Positions 50,758 through 63,209 of a stretch of 64,000 nt of DNA are shown in pieces (the first letter of the stretch is position 1; each line of letters begins with the position of its first letter). Location of the stretch: the NCBI GenBank assembly GCA_964188305.1, contig OZ076885.1. One strand, 5' to 3'. The DNA comes from Podarcis bocagei. Taxonomy: Eukaryota. The translations under genes and the position numbers were made by a program. Below the pieces are notes generated by a model. It worked only from the letters and a program-made list of their open reading frames with translations. It was not told where the DNA came from and searched no databases.

Positions 50758-51640
50758 CATAGTTCTTTCTCTGTAAGGTTCAAGTGAAACGGACTTTGCA
50801 CATTATCAGGGATACTTTGCTGTATGTCCTTCTCACAGTATTCCCTTCATGCATGTGGGTGTGACATAACTGATGCGAGATGATAAGGGAAAAGTTAAAT
50901 TTACTCAAACAGCTCCTTGTGGGGAGGAATTTCCTTACACAGGGGTTTATTTAGCATGACTGACTTATGCCTTTGAGTGTGCCTGTCCATTACTACCCAT
51001 TAGATGTCAAAAAGAGAACCCCAAGGCCCAGATTCAACCAACCAGTGTGCTAGTGGAAGCCAGCACAAGGGTTCCCACCAATGCAATGGGGCTTTCCCCT
51101 TCCTCCCCTGCTGCAGCTCCACCAAATCTGCTCTGCAAGGTTGGGAGAACCCCCAGAACAGCATGCGGGGGAGGGGGGTCGTTCTGTCTGGCAAGTAGAA
51201 ATGCTTGCACTCACAGAAAGATCATAAGGGTGCGACGTTGAATCCTTCCCATTGCGTTCAGCATTTGGTTTGGACTGTAGAGTGGAAGTGTTCAGTTGCG
51301 GAGGGGCGGGGGGAGTCCACACAGCTAGAAAGGTGGTGAGCAGAAAGGGTTTCAAAATGAACCAAAATTACAGCATTATAATCCTGTTTCATTTAGGTGG
51401 TATTTCATTAATATAAACAGGGCAATAAAATGGTCCCCGGTGCAAATAATATGTGCTGAGCTGTGATCTCAATTCACCTGCCTAATACATCACTGACCAC
51501 TTCAAAACCATGCCTCTTTAAACAGATGGAAGAGTGGCACTAAAAGCTCCTACACCTGTAGAGATTGTACTACTCTTCCATCCTTTTTTTAAAAAAAATG
51601 TCAGATTGTGCTAAGAAAGAAGGCAGGAAAAACACTGGGA

Positions 51641-51750
51641 CATAAGAAAAGCCCTGCTGGATCAGGCCAAAGGCCCATCTAGCCCAGCGCGCTATTCTTG
51701 CAGTGGCCTGTGGCAAGCCCACAAGACGGAAATGAGTGCCATAACACTCT
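51641..51750 (-). mobile_element. SINE/CR1-type 3' fragment
   Basis: CATAAGAAAAGCCCTGCTGGATCAGGCCAAAGGCCCATCTAG is the reverse complement of the tail at 43180-43219. Confidence 0.7.
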
Positions 51751-52109
51751 TACAACATAATCCTAATCCCCTGATCAGCACTGCCGGAGAGGAAGTGGGA
51801 TTAGGTGGAGGTGTCCCTCTGCCAGACCTTGCTTGGTCTTGCCAGTGAGTGTCAGGATTTTGTCCAACCCAGATCCTGAACAGACTTTTCAGAAGAAGAG
51901 GCTTGGGGTTCCATGGAGACTTTAACGGAAGTCCTGGAGAAACCCACATTAGTCTAAAGGCAGTCTATAACACTGCCTTGTAGCCATCTAGTTCACAGTT
52001 CTGCTTCCCATATCTGCCAGCAAGGTTTTTCCAGGTTGCCAAAAGAAAGGCTGTTTGGCACATTCTATGATAGCAGGTATTCTATTCTTGTCCAAAATCT
52101 TCGTTGTTC

Positions 52110-52458
52110 GTATATTGGTTTAATGAGCCAAGACATAAATGAGCTTTGTGCCCACATGTGGCAGCTGTTTCCCTCCTCCCTTCTGGGTGCACCTGAATAC
52201 AACGTGGAAAGCTTTAATTAGCTATAGTTTCCCATTTCATTCCAGCCAGGAAACTATGATTACCTGCTTCAGAACCGGTCAGGATCTTAAACCAACTTCA
52301 AACCATGGTTTAAGATCCTGGTAACCATAGTTTCCTAGTTCAGACAAGGCAGGGATCTATGGTTAATTAAGGATTTCCACGCTGCATTCTAGTATGTCAC
52401 CACGGAGCTGTGTGGGCAAGGAGCTTATTCATAGCTTGGCATATTGGGCAGATATATG
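52110..52458. repeat. Long degenerate inverted repeat (fold-back element, ~350 bp)
   Basis: Nested arm pairs: CAGGATCTTAAACCA/TGGTTTAAGATCCTG (perfect 15 bp), GGAAACTATGATTACC/GGTAACCATAGTTTCC, GAATACAACGTGGAAA/TTTCCACGCTGCATTC and GCCAAG..TGCCCACA/TGTGGGCA..CTTGGC. Confidence 0.8.
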
Positions 52459-53480
52459 ACTGTCTAGACTAGGCCACCGTCCTCATGTTTCCAAGTCTCT
52501 GCAAGGACAATTTGACATTAATAATAATAAAGCTGGGATTCATAGGAACCAACTTCTGTGCCGAATACTGTATTTCATGCCTGTAGGCTACAGTGTAGAG
52601 TATATGTGTGCATTGCACACAGTCTCAGACACACTCTGGTCCCCTTTAAACACTACCACAGCCTGTGGGAGCTGTTTTTGCATCTGTTCATTTGTATGAT
52701 AGCGCCGCAGTGATGTCTAAAGGTCAATAATCATGTGAGTGGGACCGTTGCATACAGTATTTCATGCGTGCATCAATATATTTACAAAGCTTAGACAGGT
52801 CTGACTTTTGCAAGCACTTTGTTACAACTAAATCACAAATGAGGCTACCACATTCTGATGATGTCATCCAGTTCCCGGGCAGGAGGCTAACTGTTTCTAC
52901 TACGCTTAACAGAGGATGATTACCCAATGGGGATCAGGAACAACAATTTTGCTTTAAGGCTTTGTGCACATGGATGCAAGCCTTGAAATCTTACTTTAGC
53001 ACCATGGGATTAATCCCGGAAAAAGTGGCTCTTCTGGCGCTGCAGTAAACTTTAAGGAGACCTCCTGTTTCAGGGGGAAGTGAAGATTGTTTATACAGCA
53101 TTCTGAATTTTCTGATAGAAGGCAAAGCAATTGTTGAAGGGAGAAGGTGTTCAGAGTGATTTAAGTGGAGACATACAAGCAGTGATGGGATTTCGGCAAG
53201 GGAACTGTAATGGTGGTGATTAGGCAGGGAGATGTATCAGCTTTTGAATTATCTGGCTGGGAAAAGGAGGGGCACAACATGGTTTGACATATTTGAAATT
53301 GAACAAGACAGAGCAGCAGAGAAAACAATATGGAGCAATCATGGACTGCTCCTAGGGGGCAAGGAAGATTTATTAACTGGTTTTGTTTACCTTTCACTTC
53401 TTTAATCACTATCCCATGACTAAGCGGCTCTTGCAGTGCCTCCAGAAACATTCTTGGGAAGAAAGAGCCACCATTATACT

Positions 53481-53951
53481 CCCTGGTCCTGAATGGGGTA
53501 ACTGTGCCCCTGAAAGACCAGGTGTGCAGCCTGGGAGCCATTTTGGACTCACAGCTGTCCATGAAGGTGCAGGTCAATTCTGTGTCCAGGGCAGCTGTTT
53601 ACCAGCTCCATCTGGTACACAGGCTGAGACCCTACCTGCCCACAGATTGTCTCACCAGAGTGGTGCGACATTCTGGATACTACTAATCCAGAATGTGGCA
53701 GCTAGTCTGGTGACTGGGAGTGGCCAAGACCATATAGCACCGGTCCTGAAAGAACTACATTGGCTCCCAGTACGCTTCCAAGCACAATTCAAAGTTTTGG
53801 TGCTGACCTTCAAAGCCCTAAATGACCTTGGCCCAGTATACCTGAAGAAGTGTCTCCACCCCCATCATTCAGCCTGAGGTCCTCTTCTGGTGGTTCCCTC
53901 ATTGTGAGAAGTGAAGTTATAGGGAACCAGACAGAAGGCCTTCTCGGTAGT

Positions 53952-53953
<2 letters not shown>
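53481..53953 (+). mobile_element. L2 LINE ORF2 C-terminal fragment with an internal deletion
   Basis: LKDQVCSLGAILDSQLSM..QVNSVSRAAVYQLHLVHRLRPYL followed by IQNVAASLVTG..DHIAPVLKELHWLPVRFQAQFKVLVLTFKALNDLGPVYL (HWLPV..FK motif). Confidence 0.9.

Positions 53954-53956
<3 letters not shown>

Positions 53957-53989
<33 letters not shown>
53957..53989. repeat. (GA)n microsatellite
   Basis: Directly visible. Confidence 0.97.
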
Positions 53990-53994
<5 letters not shown>

Positions 53995-54008
53995 ACTAGA
54001 GCACTAGA

Positions 54009-54120
54009 TGTTAGATGGCCATCTGTCATGGATGCTTTAGCTGAGATTGCTGCATTGCAGGGGGTTGGACTGAATGACCCCCAGGGTCCCTTCCAACTCT
54101 ACAATTCTATGATTCTATGA
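54009..54120 (+). mobile_element. CR1 3' end
   Basis: GCAGGGGGTTGGACT..ATGACC..GGTCCCTTCCAACTCTACAATTCTATGATTCTATGA with the octamer tail. Confidence 0.9.
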
Positions 54121-54432
54121 ATCCCTGAGCATTGGCTCTGCTGGCTGGGACTGATGGGAGTTGGGAGTCCAACAACATCTGAAGAGACACAGGTTCTGCC
54201 CTAAGTTTTGACACAGCAGCCTAATTTGGGGAAGAGGAGGAGTTGCTGCTTACTGCTGAATCTTTCCACAATGAACATTAGAAACACTTGTCAAACTATT
54301 GCAATTCAGCCATAGATCTACCAGAAGATCATGACCTACCACCTGCCAACTCCTGCTTTAAAGTACTTCTACAAGTTTTAGATGGTTGTAACCTGCCCTG
54401 GAAACCTATTAGTGAAGGGAGGGTTATCACCA

Positions 54433-54659
54433 TAGGCTTGCCATATTTCAAGAAGTAAAAATCCAGACACCGCCAAAGTTGTTGAGTTGTTGAGGAAAAA
54501 CCCCAAAATTGTCTAGTTTTTTTTTAATGAAAACACTATTTCTCAGTTGTTTACTTGCCAAAGATCCAGGACAGACCACCACCTTCCGGAAATTCCCCCT
54601 GGACATCACTTCTGCCTAACCAGTAATGTCAGGGAAATCCCAAACATATGGCAGGCCTA
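54433..54659. mobile_element. hAT MITE (TAGGGTTGCCA-type ends)
   Basis: TAGGCTTGCCATAT / ATATGGCAGGCCTA; TSD TATCACCA/TATCATCA; related to the copy at 59728. Confidence 0.8.
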
Positions 54660-54698
54660 TATCATCAGCAGCATCCAGAGCTGCAGGCTCTGAGCCCC

Positions 54699-54857
54699 CA
54701 GTGCTTTTTTTCTTTAAAAAAAATGTTTTAACTCAAGAAGGTCACCATTTTATAGTTCAAATTGGGAAAAATAAATACAGTAAATGAACAAAAGTACCAA
54801 GATTCACAAAATGCCTAGGGGTATGCGTCCCCGTGTCCCCCCAGAAAAAAGGCACTG
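54699..54857. mobile_element. hAT MITE (CAGTGCTTTTTT-type ends)
   Basis: CAGTGCTTTTTTTCT / AGAAAAAAGGCACTG; TSD TGAGCCCC/TGAGTCCC. Confidence 0.85.
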
Positions 54858-56450
54858 TGAGTCCCCATTTAGGCAGACCAGAATGCTGCACAGTTCCCAA
54901 CATTTGCCAAAAGAAACTAAGCGTATCTGTTTATATAGATTAAATAAAAGGTTATAAAAGGGTAAATGAGACATTTTCATGGTATCTGTTAATGAGCTCC
55001 TGCCAAGATATTTTTAAAGCACAGTTCAAAATATTTTCCCACAACTCGAGGGAGCACGTTTTCTTATTTAGAGGACATAGATAGATCACACACCGTGTTT
55101 CGCACCCATTATATTAAAATGCTTTAAAATGCCAAATCTTAGTTCACGCTCACAGCACTGCAGCATTCGGCTTTCAAGAAAACCAGAGAATAAGCCAAAT
55201 CACTACCTTGGCAAGGATGCAATGATGCACACCAGAAATCGGCACGTATAGTGAGGACACAAATATTATGCCTTTCCAAAGGTGCAGCTGGAGGGCATGA
55301 CACATCTGTGCTACACTAAATGCTCTGCGCTACAAGCATGAATGTTACTCCAGCTGACAAACTGCAACAAAATCCCTTCATTTATCGGTGCCAGATTCCA
55401 TCTTGGATTGCTTTTAGAACTTCTGACAGGGGAAAGTCCCATCGATGCAGCTGTTTCCATCTCAATATTACAAAATGATGGAGGGAAGTACAGCTGCCAA
55501 ATACCTCATTGTCACACAGCTATTAGAAGCGCAGAAGTTCAGGCCAGATTGCAGTCTAGCAAGCTTATACCAGGGATGCAGTCAAAAGGATGTTTAACTT
55601 CCCCATGCTGGAGATTTGGAGCGAGGCGCCATCGCTCCTCATGATCCCTCGCTCTCTTTCTCCTTTTCATTTCTGATCAAGGAACAGCAGTCAGGGCCAG
55701 AACTAGGTCTCTTGGCACCTGGAGCAAACAGCATGAATTGTGGCCCTAAGCCAACCCCATATTTTGCAATGTAAAAAATTAACAACAGCTGTAATGAAAT
55801 GATAAACAACAAGTCTATATCATTTAAATGGTTGTTTCGATTGTGGTAACATTACAATAGCAATTAAATCAGGAACATGGAAACATAATCAGTATTCCAA
55901 TGTTTATTACATGAGCAGAAAATGTGTAAATATAACGTGGACTATTTATTAGCATATAATAGTGTTGACAAAATAACCAATAAAATAGAAAATACAAGAA
56001 AATCAGTGCCTCTACCTAGTCCTCTGCTAAGTCACTTGCTGGAGTCAGTCCTTCCTCCCAAGGAGGCCCCTGCTCCTCAGAAGACCCCTGTCAATAGTGC
56101 TGTGTGGCAGCCAACAGAGTGCTCCACCTGCAACTTTGGACTTCCTGTCTAGTCCACCACCATCTTTGATTCCTGAGCCTTGGGCATCATGGGGGAGAAT
56201 CAGGGATCAAAACAGGGCTTAATATGGGGTCTCTGGGGGAGAGGCTTCTCTAAAATGAGGTTCCTCAGCCTTTGTACCAGTGTGGGTTTCTCCACATCTT
56301 CAGTGGGAGTTGCGTGTTGTGTGAAGCCCCAAGTCTCTCTCTCTCTCTCTCTCTCTCCAAGGTCTGGGTCACTACAATGCATTAAACGTAAGTCTGCCTT
56401 TTTAAGACAGTTTGGAAACTTCAGTTAACACAAAATATGCCTCGGAAGGC

Positions 56451-56789
56451 GGAGATGATACCCATCTTCAAATATCTAAAGGGCTGTCACATGGAGGATG
56501 GAACAAGCTTGTTTTCTCCTGCTCCAGAGTCTGGGATTTGAACTAATGGATCTAAGTTACAAGAAAGTAGATTTTTGACTAAACATCAGGAAGAACATTC
56601 TGACAGTAAGAGCTGTTGGACAGTGGAACAGACACCCACAAGAGCTGGTGGACTCTTTCTTGGGGGTTTTAAAGCAGAGGTTGGAAGGCCACCTGTCATG
56701 TATGATTTAGTTGAGATTCCTGCATTGCAAGGGGGTGGACTAGATGACTCTCAGGGTCCCTTGCAACTCTACAATTTTATGGTTCTATG
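56451..56789 (+). mobile_element. CR1 LINE 3' fragment (ORF2 C-terminus plus 3'UTR)
   Basis: MIPIFKYLKGCHMEDGTSLFS..TNGSKLQE..LNIRKNILTVRAVGQWN followed by the CR1 tail GGTCCCTTGCAACTCTACAATTTTATGGTTCTATG. Confidence 0.9.
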
Positions 56790-57009
56790 TTAACAACCTT
56801 GTAGCCCAGGACTTATGAGACTGAGTGTATAATGGCAACACAAGGCCCATTTTTTGCCGGGAGGCATATAAACTTGGAAGTTGCCACAGCAATACTGACA
56901 GACAACACAGTCCAACTTTGAAAAAAATGGCACTGACTTAAGGTGCCCTGAGAAGAGGGGCTTCAAATGGATATTTAGCCTTCAGGGTCTCTCAGAGGCT
57001 TTAAAAGGG

Positions 57010-57205
57010 CTTCCAGTATGTTTCCAAGCACAACTCAAAATGCTGATGCAAACCTCTGAAGTCCTAAAATAGCCTGGCATCAGGGTATTTGAAGGACTCT
57101 CACAAAAACCTTCCCATATTTTAAGATCTTCCTCAGAGGCCCTTCCCCAAGGAACTCCCTCTTCAAAGATTAGGTAGATGGCAGATGGAGAAAGAGTTTC
57201 CTCAG
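57010..57205 (+). mobile_element. Old L2 fragment
   Basis: CTTCCAGTATGTTTCCAAGCACAACTCAAAATGCTG (LPVCFQAQLKML) parallels 53764-53800. Confidence 0.6.
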
Positions 57206-59727
57206 AAACATGTGCCTGGTGTCATCATAGCTACTTTTCAGGTTTCAGATCATGAGGCACATGAGGTATATTTTTGTTTTTATTATTCTATCAGTCTATG
57301 ACCATCTTTTTAAGGGTTCTGTCTTAAAAGTGTTCCTTCAATCTGTGTTTAAGGAAGGCAACCACAAGGAAAAGGGCCTTTTCCACAGCACTCCCCGTCC
57401 TTAGCTATAGAATGTTCTCCCCAGAGAGACTCATCTGGTGCTTATATGTTATTGCCTTTTCTCTGGCCTTTAAAAATCTATAGGCCCCTCCAGATCAGCA
57501 TTTCATTGCTGGTGTATTCTGCAGCATGTTCTCAACACAATAATAGTGCATTAGTGGTAGACCTGCTTCCCAGTTGCTATTGCATTATTGCTGTCCAGAC
57601 CAGAGTGGCTATAGCACAGCAAAAGTGGGCCAAGAAAAAACTGGACTTTAGCAGGAAGTTACAGGGTATGCATTAGTTGGAAATGAATCATCCAAAGCTT
57701 CTGCACGTGCAATCAGTATTTAAAGTAGGATCATGTGTATGACTGCCCTGAATGCATCAAAAGAACAAATCACAAATTATTATGAACATGAAATAAAAAG
57801 GATGTCTGGAGGAACCCCATTAGCAAATTGGCTTAAAGTTCAACATTTTAACATTCATTATGGTGTCACTATATGATTCAACCCTGTGAAGAGGCTCTTT
57901 TGTTGCTCACCTCATTTTGATTGTTATGATTACAACTAAATCTGTTTTAATCCCCGCTGGCTTATCTGCTGCTCTGTTTTATAGTGTGCTGTTATTTACT
58001 TTGGCGTTTTATTAGAGTTTTGTGATTTTATGGTGCTCCTCCCAGACAACTTTCATTAAGGGGCAAGCAATAAATATAATAAATAAATGCAGCTTCTGGT
58101 GCTGCTGTCTGTCTGATGTTATAGCTATTATTTTTAATTGTTTTCAGTGTTTTTATAGATTTCATTTATTGTTGTTATCTGCTGAAACCTGCCTTGGAAA
58201 TGAGATGCTGGAAGGTGGGATACAAACACCCTAGATCAATAAGGGGACAAAACAAAATGACTGACCAGGCCACGTTCCAAGGATGGATTATGAAGCACTT
58301 ACTAGAAAAGGTTCAGAATCTCACCTCATATTTTATATGCATTTATTTTAATACACTTTCCTCATAAACCCAAGGCATCTTACATGTATAATAAAAATAA
58401 TAGTGATGTGCCAAAGCAATAATAAAATATTATAAAATCTTGAGGAAGGGGGTCAACTCTTGCTTTATGAGAAGCTTCTGGGGCTTAATTTAAACCAGAG
58501 GTTATCAAGGGTAGGGCTCAAAACCTATGTCCAGTTCTATGGCTCAGCCTGAAGAAAGCTGTTAAGCACATGCAGAAAACCATGCTCTTGTCATTGGGGG
58601 ACCACAGTCAGCTCACACACATCTGGGATTGCGAAGGTAAACCGGAGTGTGGACCCTCCTGGCACTCTTGAGCTCCAGTTCTTCATATCTTAGAATACTG
58701 CCAGACAGGAGTCTTAATATTGTATGAGTCATTAAGGTATCATAAATGAGTTATTGACAACAGGGTTCCCTCCCCCCCAAAAAAACCCCCCTTATTCAAT
58801 TTTTCCTGGAAAGGGTAAATCCAGATTAAATGGGGAGAAACTGCAGCCTAGCAATTTGATGTTGTTGTGTGGAAGGTGCAAAATAAAAATAAAAATTGTT
58901 GGATGAAGAGCACCCACCACACAGTAAACAGCCGCCTGGAAGCATCCTTAGATATAAAGCACTGTTTCTTCTTTTCCTACAGTGCAAAGGCTTTCAAGAA
59001 CTTGATTTCTCACCAACTTTTAGCTGAAATATACATATATTATTTTATGTCATACCTGAAGAGAAACACACAGATATATCTCACTTCTAAATAGCTTCTG
59101 CCGCCCCAATGCTTGGGTTGGCTTAGCTCATGTCGTACCACTTTCCTGGAAAGATAGGGCAGAACATATTGGTTGCCTTGCCTTGGCTCCTCAGCATTAA
59201 TACCTCACAGCTGATTTGATTTTATCCTCCAGTTTCCAGGAAGGGGGGGAGAAGGGGATGACCAAAGCCGCAGTAGCTTTGAAGGGGTTTGAAGCAGACA
59301 AGATATGTGTTCTACTTGAATTTCACATATACAGACTTTAAAATTCACATTTATTTGCTCTCCAGTTGTTTATCCCATGGCATCCAGCCCTTCCACGGAG
59401 CCAAGAAACTCATCTTCCATACAATGCTCACAGCCCAGCTCTAACCACAACACTCGCTTGCAAATCAGATCTGCACCCTGTATTTCAAAATTGTTAATGG
59501 CATTGTTGAGATCTGGTTCTCATCCTATCTTTTTTTTTCAGAGAAACGGAAAGAAAACCTGAACAACTGACCCAGTTCAGCTTTGTTGTTATAGTTGTTG
59601 TTTTTCAGATTAAACATCCCTGCACTTTTTCACAGGCCCTGCAAGTTTGCCTCCCTCTTTCCTCCTTATACGAAGTCACTTGAGCAATTTCTATTGCCAG
59701 TTTCCACTTTTCCAATGCGTGCAAATG

Positions 59728-59880
59728 TAGGGTTGGCCTTTTTCAAAAACCAGAAACCAGGAAGACCCGCAAATTGTTGAGCTTTTCTCAACAAACCCCA
59801 AAGTGCCACCTTTCGGAATGCCAATTCCGCCTTTGAAATCCCAGTAATGTCTGGGAAAATCCGGGCCTATGGCAGCCCTA
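59728..59880. mobile_element. hAT MITE (TAGGGTTG..-type ends)
   Basis: TAGGGTTGGCC ... GGCAGCCCTA, flanked by the direct repeat GCAAATG(T). Confidence 0.75.
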
Positions 59881-61297
59881 GCAAATGTTGCATCTTAATG
59901 AAAAAACATCTCAGGAAAAAAACAAACCATGAAAGCTTGACTACAGAGCACTTTCAAGACCCAAAGGAAAAAAGAAGGCAGATCTAAATGGTCTGAAGTC
60001 TAGTTATTCTTTCATAAACTATTATTTCAAGCCACTTTCATGGAATCTGGAGAAAGAGATTTGATGAGTTTTAAAAACAGCAGTCCAGATCTCAAAGTGC
60101 AACAACTGCTTTACTGTTTTGGCCAATACAAAATTAAAAGAAATATTAAGTCTGGGGTGATTTTTTTTTTTTTAAGAAAGCTTTTCATCCACTTGATATT
60201 GCTGAATCAGTACATACACCAAACTAGATCCAGCTGGTACAGGAGTCCCACCCACACATTACTTGTGTGATGGCGCTCCACACAATTAATGGGAAGCAGA
60301 GCTGCAAGACTGAACCTTCCACTGACACCATGCACCACCATGCCTTATCCCGCTCCCACAACTTCCAGGCATGCATTGAACATGGGGGACTGAGCAGGGG
60401 GGAAGCCTGTGGCTTCTCTGCTTGAGATGTCCACACCACCCGGAGATCTACAGATGAAGAATGGTATACAAATTTCAACCATCATCACCATCATCATCCA
60501 CTGGCCCTCCAGATGGCCTGCTGGACTGCAACTCCTATTATCCCTGAGCACTGGCCAAGCTGGCTGTAGCTGATGGGAGGTAGAAGGCAAATCTGGAGAG
60601 CTTCAGGTTAGCCAGACCCGCTGCAAAATTTCCCCTTTTTCATCAAGCAGCCCTTTGCTGCTTTCCCCTGGAGTGACTTTTCTGACTGGCTGATACTTTC
60701 TCTAGCTTTTTTTTAAACCTTATTTTGCTATGATTGTGGAGTTTCCCACACATACTCAGAACCATGCTGAAGATGCTGAAAAAGCCTACAGCTACTTTTA
60801 AATATATACGTATATAAATATTCTAGTCCATATAGGGTGGGTCTATTGTTATCTTTCCTCTGGTCTGTAAGTGCTCTGTGTGCAGGAAGCTTTTAGACGG
60901 GATAACACTCACAATCTTCAACTATATACTGAATAGCACCATCCTAGAAACTGTGTAATTCATCTGCATGCGAGTATAGATAAATACATCTGTTCCTACA
61001 TACACACATATTGCCATGGCAGACCACCTTCCTGGGCCTGACTCACCACTTCCAACTTGAGAAGACTCTCGGTGGAGTGTTTATTTTTAAGAGGGAAGGA
61101 ATTCATGCATGCATGCCATAAGATTGTTTCCCGGCTTCCATTGTTGCTTTTCATACCTCTTGCTAGAAGGGGAATTTTCACAACTGATGCTGGGGGTGCC
61201 TTTTAGACTGGAATGTGTCTCATGTGAAGATTTGTAACGAGAGACAGAAAGCGGAAGAATCCGTTTTAGCTGCAATGCGACTTTGCAAGTACAGTGG

Positions 61298-61444
61298 CAG
61301 TGGCGTAGCGTGGGGGGTGCAGGGGGGGCCGGCCGCACCGGGCGCAACATCTGGGGGTTAGGGTTAGGGGGCGCAAATCCACGGGTTAGGGGGCACAAAT
61401 TACTTGCCTTGCCCTGGGTGCTGACAACCCACGCTACGCCACTG
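61298..61444. mobile_element. 147-bp hAT MITE with TTAGGG motifs, inserted in the TIR of the next element
   Basis: Perfect 17-bp TIRs CAGTGGCGTAGCGTGGG / CCCACGCTACGCCACTG; perfect 8-bp TSD TACAGTGG (61290-61297, 61445-61452). Confidence 0.93.
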
Positions 61445-61446
61445 TA

Positions 61447-61802
61447 CAGTGGTGCCTCGCAAGACGAAATTAATTTGTTCCGCGAGTTTTGTCATCTTGC
61501 GATTTTTTTCGTCTTGCAAAGCACGGTGTCGGGAAAGTTTTGGAAAAGCTTCAAAAATCAACAAAGTCTTTAAAAACCTCAAAAAAGGCTACCACACCGC
61601 GTTCTATGAGTTGCTCCTCGAAGTCAAGTTGCAACTGTATTAGCGGTGTTAAGAAAAAAGAAACAAACTTGCAAGACGTTTCCCTCTTGCAAAGCAAGCC
61701 CATAGGGAAAATCGTCTTGCGTAGCAGCTCAAAAAACAAAAAAACCTTTCGGCTAGCGAGTTTTTTTGTCTTGCGAGGCATTCGTCTTGCGAGGTACCAC
61801 TG
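61447..61802. mobile_element. Tigger-like TcMar MITE, family D
   Basis: TA|CAGTGGTGCCTCGCAAGACGAA ... TTCGTCTTGCGAGGTACCACTG|TA; multiple internal TCTTGC motifs. Confidence 0.92.
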
Positions 61803-61872
61803 TAAGTCCACACAGGTTATTATCCCCCAGCTCATTAAAAAAGCAACAGCACTTAGCCCCCTCGCACTGTGT

Positions 61873-62055
61873 GGCCTAGCTCAGTAGCAGAGCATATGAT
61901 CTGCACATGGAAAAATCCAGGTTCAACCAGGGCACTTCCAGGTAGGGCTGGAAACACACCTGACTGAAGTGCTGGAGAAACAGCGCCAGTCAGAAGAGAC
62001 AAGACTGAGCTATGTAGATGGACCTATGATCTATCTTTGTATAAGGCAGCTTCCT
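61873..62055 (+). mobile_element. tRNA-derived SINE (Squam2-like), degenerate
   Basis: TAGCTCAGTAGCAGAGCA A-box, CCAGGTTCAA B-box, CCAGGTAGGGCTGG body and GTATAAGGCAGCTTCCT tail. Confidence 0.75.
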
Positions 62056-62140
62056 GCACAGGTTCTTGCACATTGATTCGCCCCCTCCTGAGCCAGATGG
62101 AGGTGATTCTTCTGGTCGCCTGGATGTGATTCGTACTCAC

Positions 62141-62205
62141 CATAGGTAACCAGGCAGGTGACTCTTGAGAAGCCTGTGCAGTTCAAATTAAGAAGGTGAG
62201 AAGTT
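62141..62205 (-). other. Candidate 65-nt exon on the minus strand (host unknown)
   Basis: Minus strand: TTTCCTTGCTTTCAG|AACTTC...CCTATG|GTGAGTAC, with a strong acceptor and donor. Confidence 0.3.
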
Positions 62206-62435
62206 CTGAAAGCAAGGAAAGCATCACTTGAACAAATAGTGAGGCTACGGTTACCAAGCAGCCAAAATGGTTGCCTGCCAGGTAACCAGCACTGGGCACA
62301 GAAAAACTAGTACATTCCTGGTTCTGCCGTGCCAGTGTTCTTTTCAAACAGGAATTTTCACTGGAGTAGGGAATGAACTCAAAAGGACAAAGAAGCACTT
62401 TCAACCTGTATCCACTACCTGGCAAGATGACTTCA

Positions 62436-62741
62436 GGAGAATAAAAGGCTAAGGAGTAAACCCTACATAAATGCGGAGTGGAGTCCCTTAGACAGTTGGA
62501 TGGCGCCTTGTACACCTCCTTCCGGCAACTCCTGCAGCCAAGCTGGTGCCAAATGTATTGCTCTGCTTTCTTTTGGACCACAGCAGCAAGGCCGAGAGGG
62601 GGGTCTTGTCGTCTGGGCAGCCCAGGACCTCCATACACACTGCCCAAGAAGGTCCTTTCAGTGCTGCTAACGCAGTAGTTTAACATAACCTCCAGAGGCA
62701 CACTCTAATGTCTCTTTAGACAAGACAGATGTCAACAACAG
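62436..62741 (+). mobile_element. 5'-truncated second copy of the 43295-43768 element
   Basis: GGAGTCCCT..GGATGGCGCCTTGTAC..CAGCCAAGCTGGTGCCAAA..GGGTCTTGTCGTCT..GTCAACAAC. Confidence 0.75.
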
Positions 62742-63209
62742 CACTGCTACTCCTAAAACTCACTGGCTCCAGACTAACAATGCAATCCTAACTATGTCTA
62801 CTGAGAAGTAAGTCCAACTGAATTCAAAGGGGCTTACTCCCAGGTACCAAGGGGTTAGGATCTCAACTCCAAATTCAAAGCTGTTCTTGGGCCTTATGAC
62901 CCATCAAAAACAGGAAAATTGGGCATAGAACTGGCTGCTTGAACAGTGACTGGCTCTTGCATTCTAGTAAATCCTCTCCTATTGTTCTATAGAGCTGCTA
63001 GTTTATTAAGGGAACTGGAGCAAGACCAGTTTGCAGGAATTGGGAATTTACTTACACACTTAATCTGTAGACTAGGAAAAAAATGGGGCAGGGGAATACA
63101 ATATACACTATGAGAATCCACAAAGCAGATGAAATCAGTCTCTTTCTTTCACTCCCACTTGACCTCCAAGGTACTCTCTTATTTACTACGTATTTAGCAA
63201 GGCAGACAG

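Noticed and set aside
61873-61940. Possible tRNA gene
   Set aside because: The cloverleaf is broken and the sequence continues into a SINE body and tail.
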